Positions 30,934-38,267 of a DNA stretch of 38,267 nucleotides are shown here, piece after piece. Positions within the stretch are counted from its first letter, which is position 1; every line of letters begins with the position of its first letter. Position numbers and translations under genes: made by a program. The notes under the pieces are model-generated. The model made no database searches. It was given only the letters and a program-made list of their open reading frames with translations, and had not been told where the DNA came from. Source of the DNA: an uncultured bacterium (GTDB taxonomy: Bacteria > CSSED10-310 > CAZUFC01); contig CAZUFC010000087.1 in NCBI GenBank assembly GCA_964619725.1, positions 1 through 38,267 of the forward strand. The letters are read 5' to 3'.

Positions 30934-30976
30934 TCCCAAAAGCAATTTGACATATTTGGGAGTCGGCGCTTAATAT
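30934..30976 (+). promoter_or_regulatory. TA operon promoter with inverted repeat around the -35
   Basis: TTGACA 30947-30952, 18 bp, TAATAT 30971-30976; TCCCAAA-N14-TTTGGGA at 30934-30961. Confidence 0.5.
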
Positions 30977-30998
30977 AATTAGAGCGAGGAAGAAATTT

Positions 30999-31397
30999 AT
31001 GGCGAAAACTGCAACAGACTTGAAAGAGGCCGGCTGGCCGGAAGAAGAAATGCGGAAATACGATCCGTGGAAACATTTAAAACGGCACAAAAGGGATCCG
31101 GCCATGCGTCTTCGTCGCGAGCGCGCATTGAAAGTCGCCCGAAGAGCGGCCAGAATTTTGAAAATGGAGTTTGAAGCAGACCGCGTCGTGATTTTCGGTT
31201 CTCTGGCCCATAACGCCTGGTTTACGCCTCGCTCCGACATTGACATCTATGTCGAGGGAATTCCAGCCGGCCTTTTTTTCAAGGCGGAAGCTGCTATTGA
31301 AAATATTGATCCTGAATTCAGGATCGATCTTATCCATGAAGAGGAATGTACCGGCGTTATGTTGAAAAAAATTGACGAAGAGGGTTTAGAATTGTGA
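30999..31397 (+). CDS. Minimal nucleotidyltransferase (MNT) antitoxin
   Basis: FGS-x10-DID motif, third Asp in IDL; GAGGA RBS. Confidence 0.9.
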   Translation: MAKTATDLKEAGWPEEEMRKYDPWKHLKRHKRDPAMRLRRERALKVARRAARILKMEFEADRVVIFGSLAHNAWFTPRSDIDIYVEGIPAGLFFKAEAAIENIDPEFRIDLIHEEECTGVMLKKIDEEGLEL

Positions 31398-31828
31398 ATG
31401 AATGGCGGTCCGGAGAAGCCGAACGCATTTCAAATGAATTGCGCCTGGTGAATGAAATTGTAACTCAAGTTCAATCGGACTGGGAAAAATTCGTCCGCAC
31501 AGGTGATGATGCTTATCTTAAAGCCACGGCCTATGATCTTCATGGGTTCTATACAGGATTAGAAAAGATATTCAAAACAGTTGCCGGTTCGATAGATAAT
31601 GAAATCCCAACCGGAGAAACCTGGCACAAAGACTTAATTGAACAAATGACCAAAGAATTCCCGGAAATACGTCCCGGTTTGATTTCTGTCAGCAGCAGAG
31701 AACTATTGGATGAATATCTTCGTTTCAGGCACAGAATACGAAACATATATTCGTTCAACATTGTCCCGACTCTGGTCAGGGACCTTATTCAAAAACTTCC
31801 TTCCATATTCAGTCAAATAAAAACATAA
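31394..31828 (+). CDS. HEPN (HepT-like) toxin
   Basis: LHGFYTGLEKIF, WHKDL, FRHRIRNIY; GTGA overlap with the MNT gene. Confidence 0.87.
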   Translation: MNEWRSGEAERISNELRLVNEIVTQVQSDWEKFVRTGDDAYLKATAYDLHGFYTGLEKIFKTVAGSIDNEIPTGETWHKDLIEQMTKEFPEIRPGLISVSSRELLDEYLRFRHRIRNIYSFNIVPTLVRDLIQKLPSIFSQIKT

Positions 31829-31829
31829 A

Positions 31830-32032
31830 TAGTTTTTGTCCATAAACGTCGAATTTTCCCCAATACTGAGTCAGTCTTCGGATTTGCTCAGTCAAAGTAT
31901 AAGCAATACCCCTGCCTCGCAAATCCTTACCATCCTTGTTTTAAGAAAAATTCGCTCGTTTATGGATCAAAAACCGCAGTGACTGTCCAGCATTAAATTT
32001 TGAATCGAGAATCGAGTTAGTGGACAGTCACT
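31830..32032 (+). mobile_element. 203-bp composite MITE-like repeat, right copy
   Basis: Element B about 31830-31975, then element A 31978-32032; inverted relative to 30474-30676. Confidence 0.8.
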
Positions 32033-32733
32033 AAATAGGAAATTTCGTTTCATTCCTCGAAGAAAATGCCGATCAGCATTGACTCATAGAAGGCGTAAGA
32101 ACCCTTTGCGAGCAACTGCAATATCCCTGTCTTTTGACGCTGCTGAAGCGCTTTCGAAGTTTAAACCTTTCCAATCCTTTCAGGGTTCTCATATTGATTG
32201 CATCGGTACTTAGCAAAACGGCGCGACACTTTTTCATCAAATATTTGACTGATTGAAATCCCCATAAGGAACGTACTCTGACCCACAAATATCTGTTTGA
32301 CGGACTGTCGAACCTATTGAAAAAAGTGTATTCCCGCTTTGACCAGGACCTGAATTCCAATCTCTTTGCGTTTATCGGCGCCGGAGACGTTTTCTTCGTC
32401 CGCTTTCCACTCTTGTTCGCGTCAATTCGTGAAGTTTCGCGGATGAAAAAAAAGAACTGCGGTATCCATTAACATTCGTTCATTCTTTTCGATAGCGATA
32501 CTGACTCCGATCCCGATTAGCGTCTCTCCACGAAGACATTTTTAACTCTGCATGCCCGGATGGACATGCGATGCGAGTTTATGGACAAAAAACGGTTAAC
32601 TGATGCGTCAGACAAGAGGTTTCATCCGCCGGCACGGCGAATTGTAAAGTTATATGGGCGGGTATTGCGTCAGGCGTATCCGAAGGTCAGATTAATAAAG
32701 GGTAAAGATATGCATATATGGATGCAAGCCGCT

Positions 32734-32762
32734 TTGACTTTGTGTTCATCATTATTTATTCT
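32734..32762 (+). promoter_or_regulatory. Sigma-70 promoter of folD
   Basis: TTGACT, 17 bp, TATTCT. Confidence 0.55.
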
Positions 32763-32850
32763 ATCCGGCAACTTTCCTTCTGAATCAGAACGGTTCGTTC
32801 CGTCTGATGATGACAGGAAAAGTTTTATTTTAATCCTTTAATAGGCAAGG

Positions 32851-33807
32851 ATGTTGAAAATGGAAGCAAATCTGCAGGTAAAATGGATGCGCGGGAAAAC
32901 GGTATCCGAATCGATTCGTCAGGAATTAATTCAAGAAATACAAGAATTCCGGGATAAAGGAATAAGGGCTCCACATTTAGCGGTCATAATGGCCGGTGAG
33001 AATCCGGCATCCGAAATATACGTTCGGAACAAGATGAAAGCCTGCGAAGAGGTCGGCATAACGTCTGAAACGATCCGTATGGATGCGGGCAGCAGTACGG
33101 AAAAGATAATGAGAAAGGTCAAGGAATTGAATGAAGACGAGGGAACGGATGCTTTTCTCATTCAACTGCCTTTACCTGAGGGAACTGATGAAAAGAAGAT
33201 ATTGGATGCTGTGGTCCCTGACAAGGATGCCGACGGTTTTCATCCGGTGAACCTGGGTAAGTTGTTGTTGAACGAACATATTGCTGCGCCGTGCACTCCG
33301 GCCGGCATAATGGAAATACTGGATTATTATGGGATTGAAATGGAGGGTAAAAAGACGGTTGTAGTGGGACGAAGCCGCATAGTAGGCAAACCGGCCGCTG
33401 TTCTGGCTTTGAACAGAAACGCGACGGTGACGATATGTCATTCGCGCACGAGGAATCTGGCCGAGGAATGCCGGCGGGCGGACATTCTGATTGCGGCTGT
33501 GGGCGTTCCCGGCTTCATTACCGCAGATTTTTTGAAGCCGGGGTCAGTCAGAATAGATGTGGGAACGACTTACATAACGCAGGAAAATGTTCCTGACTGG
33601 CTGAAGAATTCTGATTCGCCGTTGAAAAAGAAGCTGGAAAAACGGGGTAAAGTCCTCCTCGGCGATCTCCGGTTGCCGGAAACAGGGGAAGTGGAGGGAT
33701 ACCAGACGCCTGTTCCGGGCGGCGTGGGTCCCATGACGGTGACCATGCTGATGAAAAATACCGTGGAATTATGGAAACAGGAGAATCAGGTTCTGATCGA
33801 CGGGTAA
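32851..33807 (+). CDS. folD: Methylenetetrahydrofolate dehydrogenase/cyclohydrolase
   Basis: YVRNK, QLPLP, KDADGFHP.NLG, PCTP.G, GRSRIVGKP, TPVPGGVGPMT; start may be 32860. Confidence 0.97.
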   Translation: MLKMEANLQVKWMRGKTVSESIRQELIQEIQEFRDKGIRAPHLAVIMAGENPASEIYVRNKMKACEEVGITSETIRMDAGSSTEKIMRKVKELNEDEGTDAFLIQLPLPEGTDEKKILDAVVPDKDADGFHPVNLGKLLLNEHIAAPCTPAGIMEILDYYGIEMEGKKTVVVGRSRIVGKPAAVLALNRNATVTICHSRTRNLAEECRRADILIAAVGVPGFITADFLKPGSVRIDVGTTYITQENVPDWLKNSDSPLKKKLEKRGKVLLGDLRLPETGEVEGYQTPVPGGVGPMTVTMLMKNTVELWKQENQVLIDG

Positions 33808-33939
33808 GCGATGTGTCTCTTGAAAGCCGTTGGAGTTAATGTTATAAAATCACTGGATGCGATACGACATGAACCGGGAAAAGAATCGAGTTACCATAGT
33901 TGTTTTGGCATTCATCGGATTTTTGACGGGAGTTCTGTT

Positions 33940-34836
33940 ATGCGTATATTAGCTGAGGTTTCCATATTTTTAATGCTTTTAAGCCTGTCCGTTTCGGCTT
34001 TTGCCGCACAGAAAATAGAAAATAAAATCGCAACGCTGCAATTCAACTCGGAAAACATCTCCGAAGAACTGGTCGCAAAATTCAGCGAGGAACTCAGGGA
34101 AGCTCTGCGCGGCAACGGGTACGAAGTTCTATCCAGGGAAGAGATGGAAGAAAAGACGGAGGAACTTTCAGAAGAATTGTTTCCCTGTCCGGAGAAAAGT
34201 TGCGCTATAATCATCGGAAAGGCGTTGGGAGTTGATAAGGTAATAATCGGATATTTTCGTTATCATAGCGGATCGATTGAGGGCGAATTTTCCAGGATTG
34301 ACGTATCGACGGGCGTAATCGAAGACAAACAGGGTCTCACAGTAAAAAACGAGACGGCTTATTTCGAGGAACAGATTCAAAAAATCACCGAAGAATTGGG
34401 TGATCGATTCAGCGGGAAGCCTGCTGATGAGTTTTCCGGAAGAAAGCGGGTTGAGGATATAGAGCTTGTGCCGTTGGACGAACCTGAATCAAAGCGAGCG
34501 GGAATATTCACGATGCTCAAGGGCGATAAAATTCCCGCTAAATTGAGATTCGATTTTTCAAAAAAGGGATATGCGAAATCTGATGCTGATTCTGATTTTT
34601 TCATGGACCCGACAGGCAATTATTTCTTTTTCCCTTACGGAGGCAAACTGATTCTCAAGTCACCCTTTTCAGCCGTTCAAACTCCGCCTGCAGAAGTGAA
34701 ATTGCTGGTGCGTTCAATCGTGATAGAAGTCGGAGCGATGTACTGGGTAAGGACGAAAGAAAACAAATACGCCAAGATAATGATAAAGGGCAGCCGTGAA
34801 GAAGAATTGATCCTCGATTACGCCTATCCCTATTGA
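33940..34836 (+). CDS. Secreted protein with CsgG/TolB-N-like N-terminal domain
   Basis: Start moved to ATG 33940 (GGGAG upstream; signal peptide ending AFA); C...CAI.IGKALGVDKVIIG pattern. Confidence 0.55.
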   Translation: MRILAEVSIFLMLLSLSVSAFAAQKIENKIATLQFNSENISEELVAKFSEELREALRGNGYEVLSREEMEEKTEELSEELFPCPEKSCAIIIGKALGVDKVIIGYFRYHSGSIEGEFSRIDVSTGVIEDKQGLTVKNETAYFEEQIQKITEELGDRFSGKPADEFSGRKRVEDIELVPLDEPESKRAGIFTMLKGDKIPAKLRFDFSKKGYAKSDADSDFFMDPTGNYFFFPYGGKLILKSPFSAVQTPPAEVKLLVRSIVIEVGAMYWVRTKENKYAKIMIKGSREEELILDYAYPY

Positions 34837-34966
34837 GGAGTGAAGAAGCGTATTCCGGCGATGCGGGGCCCTCATTGCTGTTGCAAACAGATAAACCCGG
34901 TTTATCCGGTAAAAAGCCGGCGGAAACCGAAGGAATCATATTACCTCTGATTTAACGCGTAAGAAA

Positions 34967-36235
34967 ATGGATAAAGGTTCTGACATCAGGCACATCAAAC
35001 CCGGAGACCCGGAATTCCAGGAACTGTTTAAAGGCGTATTTTTACCATGGGACAGGCCGTTATGGATTATGGGCGTTGTTCCGACAGGCTTCCGAACAGC
35101 AATCCTGAATTCCCGGAAATCAAGAAAAGTCAACCCCGGCGAGTCATGGCTCATAGAAACCCAAAAGGCGGTAAGAAATATTGCGGCAGAGGGGAAAACG
35201 ATTATTACCAGTATGGGCATGCTGCATTATGATTTCGTATTGCACTGTGCGATGAAAGAAGAAGCAGGAATAATCGTCGTTCTCGATACCCGGCTTCCTC
35301 CCATGATGACGGAATCAATGAGAAAGTCGCAGGCTGTTTACGAGGACTTTTTTCTGTCCGGGATAACTACCTGGGTTTCTTTTACAGGGGAAGAAAAACA
35401 AGCCTGCGGCAGGGCCGAACGGAGAAAAATGAGGGACAGGCTTGTGGTTTCACTTTCTCATGAACTGGCTCCGGTAAGGATAAGAAAACAGGGAAACATG
35501 TGGAATTTAATGAAGGAGTTCGCCGAAAACGGTGGAAAGATAAGGACCGTCGCGGGCGATCACTTCTTGGAGAGTCCATCGGAGAGGAGAGGCAAGAAAA
35601 ACGATCCGGGAAAAAGGGGTAATGTCGAAAATGCAGGCGAAAAATTAAGATATGCCGGCAATATCGGCGAGGATTTCCTGTTTCATTACACCCGTTCGCA
35701 TCCCGGACCCTGGCCCGGCCAAAGTATAACGGAATATTTCAATTCGCTCATTGAAAGAAAATCCGAATCCGCTCATTCGGGATACCATACGCTGTGCAGA
35801 ATTTTACGACAAAGGAGCATAAATGCGGGAGCGCGACTAATCAGGGGACGGCATCCCGTGGTGTGTTTCACGGAATTAGGACCTGAGTGCATACACAAGA
35901 TACGTCAATGGCAGAGTCACCTGATACGCTGGAATTTCGAACCCTATGCGATCGCCTTCAGACGTTCGTATGCTGAGCGGAAGCGCGTTCTGCCCGTGTT
36001 GTACCGGCATTCATCGGAATACCCGGATATTGAACCTTCTTCTAAGTATTTATTTCAGAAGCATGAGCCGCCGGATACCGACTGGAGCCAGGAACGCGAA
36101 CACAGGAAATCAGGAGATTTCAATTTTGATGATTGTCGGGAGGAGGATTTTTTTGTCATAGTTCCCGATGTAAAAGAGGCTGAAAGCATAGTAAGGAAAT
36201 TTGACGTAAGGGCTTATGTATTTTGCTGGGATTGA
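34967..36235 (+). CDS. Hypothetical fusion: DprA/SLOG-like N-terminus and ADP-ribosyltransferase-like (AbiGi/DUF2971-type) C-terminus
   Basis: N-terminal TIITSMG...IIVVL...RDRLVVSLS; C-terminal FHYT, VCFTE, YAIAF, WSQEREHR. Confidence 0.55.
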   Translation: MDKGSDIRHIKPGDPEFQELFKGVFLPWDRPLWIMGVVPTGFRTAILNSRKSRKVNPGESWLIETQKAVRNIAAEGKTIITSMGMLHYDFVLHCAMKEEAGIIVVLDTRLPPMMTESMRKSQAVYEDFFLSGITTWVSFTGEEKQACGRAERRKMRDRLVVSLSHELAPVRIRKQGNMWNLMKEFAENGGKIRTVAGDHFLESPSERRGKKNDPGKRGNVENAGEKLRYAGNIGEDFLFHYTRSHPGPWPGQSITEYFNSLIERKSESAHSGYHTLCRILRQRSINAGARLIRGRHPVVCFTELGPECIHKIRQWQSHLIRWNFEPYAIAFRRSYAERKRVLPVLYRHSSEYPDIEPSSKYLFQKHEPPDTDWSQEREHRKSGDFNFDDCREEDFFVIVPDVKEAESIVRKFDVRAYVFCWD

Positions 36236-36275
36236 ATTCATGCGATGATAAGTTTTTAAGAAGAGTAAAAGGAAA

Positions 36276-37862
36276 ATGAAAAAAAACGGCAAAATAACTT
36301 TGGCGGCATTCGTTGCAGCAATAACGCTTCTCATTTTACATCAGGCGGCGATAAGCAGTTATACGGCGGATGATGCTTTTATCAGTTTCCGTTACGCGTT
36401 GAACCTGCTGAAAGGCCACGGACTGGTTTTCAATGAAGGCTCAAGAGTGGAAGGATATACGAATTTTTTATGGGTAATGCTCAGCGCGGGTTGGACGGCA
36501 TGCGGAATCCCGCCGGAACTCGGCGCTAAAATTTTCAGTTGTCTCATCTCCATCGGCCTGCTGATCATGCTGGGCAAAACGCTTAAACAAAAGTCCGGCA
36601 GCAGTTTACCGTTACTGGCGCTGATCCTCCCGGCGCTTGATCCTTATTTCAACTATTGGGCCGTATCAGGCATGGAAACTGCCCTCTTCGTATTTTTGAT
36701 ATTCGCCGCTTTTCAAGTCGGCAGCGATGCGATGAAAGCATCCAAACCGGCAAAATCGTTCGTCGCCGGCCTGCTTTTCGGCACAGCATATTTGACGCGA
36801 CCGGAAGGAATATTGGCATTTGCATTGACCGCGTTATTCTTTTTCTTCGCTGAAAAGAGAAACAATCAGGGAATTTACCGGAGCACGGCGTTCATCACAG
36901 CGGGTCTGCTCCTGATAGCTTTACCCCATTTCATCTGGCGATACTGGTATTACGGCTCTCTTTTACCCAACACATACTACGCCAAAACCGGCGGAGGTTT
37001 TTTCCAGATTCTGCGGGGGATATTTTATGTCATGGATTGGTTCGATCCGGCAGTAATTATGCTCTTCGCCGCCGCGATCATCAGTATCATAAGCGTAAAA
37101 GACAAAAAAGCAAGGGCCGGCGGTTTTATATGCGCCGGATTCATTCTTTACGCGATTAAAGTAGGCGGCGATTCATTGGGCATGAAAAGATTCATGGTTA
37201 CTCTGCTTCCGTTTCTGTATTTCATCGTCGGGATGGGACTGAAACAAGGCAGGGGAGTCCTCCAGGCGGCCGTTCTTGCGCCGGTCACAGGAATATTGGT
37301 CTTCCACGGTTATGGAACATTTTCGAAAATAACCGAACCGCAGGTCTATTCAAGAGCCGAAGAGGTTAATCACCCAAAAGCCGTGCTGGGACGTTGTTTA
37401 AAAAAATACGGCAGGGACGGCGCATCGGTCGCCACCAACGTCATAGGAAGATTGCCTTTTTATTCCGAGCTGACGGCATACGACGTTTTCGGTCTGACCG
37501 AACCCCATATAGCGCATCAGAATTTCAAATACCAGGGTCTAAGACCGCCAGGACATGAAAAAAGCGATCCCCAATATATACTCAGCAAACGACCCACCTT
37601 CGCTCCGGCAGGCGAGCTGGTCGTCGCTCCTCCTTTCGTAAGAAAACTCAATGAATTCGTCAGAAAACGGTTCGATGTTCATGATGACGGTTTCCGATTA
37701 TTTGCACCGCCGATGGATATATATGAAATTACAGAATTAAAATGTGGGAACAGATTAGCAAAAATTCCCGTATTGAAACAAAAAAAGAAGCAATTACATA
37801 TAATGTCGGGAAAAGTTGGACGAATGCCGATCATTCGAAAGCGGTCGAAAATCAAAAAATAG
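36276..37862 (+). CDS. Polytopic GT-C-fold glycosyltransferase-like membrane protein
   Basis: DDAFISFRYA.NL..G.GLVFN...VEGYTNFLW, SGMET, TRPEG, LPNTYYAK. Confidence 0.8.
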   Translation: MKKNGKITLAAFVAAITLLILHQAAISSYTADDAFISFRYALNLLKGHGLVFNEGSRVEGYTNFLWVMLSAGWTACGIPPELGAKIFSCLISIGLLIMLGKTLKQKSGSSLPLLALILPALDPYFNYWAVSGMETALFVFLIFAAFQVGSDAMKASKPAKSFVAGLLFGTAYLTRPEGILAFALTALFFFFAEKRNNQGIYRSTAFITAGLLLIALPHFIWRYWYYGSLLPNTYYAKTGGGFFQILRGIFYVMDWFDPAVIMLFAAAIISIISVKDKKARAGGFICAGFILYAIKVGGDSLGMKRFMVTLLPFLYFIVGMGLKQGRGVLQAAVLAPVTGILVFHGYGTFSKITEPQVYSRAEEVNHPKAVLGRCLKKYGRDGASVATNVIGRLPFYSELTAYDVFGLTEPHIAHQNFKYQGLRPPGHEKSDPQYILSKRPTFAPAGELVVAPPFVRKLNEFVRKRFDVHDDGFRLFAPPMDIYEITELKCGNRLAKIPVLKQKKKQLHIMSGKVGRMPIIRKRSKIKK

Positions 37863-38061
37863 TCGAATTGGAACGGAAGGGAAGGATATTTTCCACAGGT
37901 AGAAAAAATTTTAATTATCCTCATAAATCACAAAACTCGTTAAATCCGATCAACCACAATATAACAACATGATAAGAACTCATTCGCGGCGGCTCTAATA
38001 TTGTTGAAACCGATGATTTTTTTCTTTATTTGCGATATTTACAGTAAATCGTTGCAGTCGT

Positions 38062-38169
38062 GTCATATTATGACGAAAAAAAGTTTGTGACATTCTTGTC
38101 AGGAGTTCAGAAATTCGATAACTGCCGAACGAATTGACAAAACTTACGTGATATGGTGCGAATCTTGCC
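38062..38169 (+). promoter_or_regulatory. Sigma-54 promoter with upstream palindromes, for a gene beyond the window
   Basis: TGGTGCGAATCTTGC (GG 38155-38156, GC 38167-38168); GTCATA-T-TATGAC 38062-38074; TGACA-N4-TGTCA 38088-38101. Confidence 0.55.
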
Positions 38170-38267
38170 AGATTAATACTCGCAAAACGTTCATCATCTT
38201 TGAATTGGATTGATCGTGTCCTTCCGGTAAGCATGCACAGGGCAAATTTTTTTCCACGGCAAGGCAT

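Noticed and set aside
32073-32841. ORFs 32073..32360 and 32560..32841
   Set aside because: No recognisable domain; the second crosses a repeat end, the folD promoter and the leader hairpin
37995-38267. 90-aa minus-strand ORF at the window end
   Set aside because: Overlaps promoter-like palindromes and has no motif

Overview
Bacterial chromosomal segment of moderate GC, probably from a diderm, non-model lineage (lineage not determined). From left to right: the 5' end of a probable DUF433 gene; two tandem lipoprotein sulfatase-fold paralogues; two Opp/Dpp permeases and a probable outer-membrane protein; a light-response neighbourhood (stand-alone bPAC-like BLUF protein divergent from a CarH/LitR B12 photoreceptor with a visible operator, plus a class II photolyase); a papain-type protease; a crotonase/Zn-ribbon fusion; a J-like/TPR protein; parA-parB-atpF'FHAGDC; PilZ; mutS; an MNT-HEPN toxin-antitoxin pair between 203-bp inverted repeats; folD; a SLOG/ART-like fusion; and a GT-C glycosyltransferase. 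The most striking feature is the 1.3-kb gap with no convincing gene (8752-10088) next to an orphan sigma-54 activator. It holds two parallel units, each with CTATCA-N3-TGATAG-type sites, a -24/-12 promoter and an apparently structured non-coding transcript. The second transcript has three long complementary segments in fully crossing order (A B C A' B' C'). The ATP synthase is also unusual: alpha has a 175-aa extension that appears to repeat its C-terminal helices, and gamma has a Cys pair at the position of the chloroplast redox switch. All calls were made by eye; no searches or folding programs were run.
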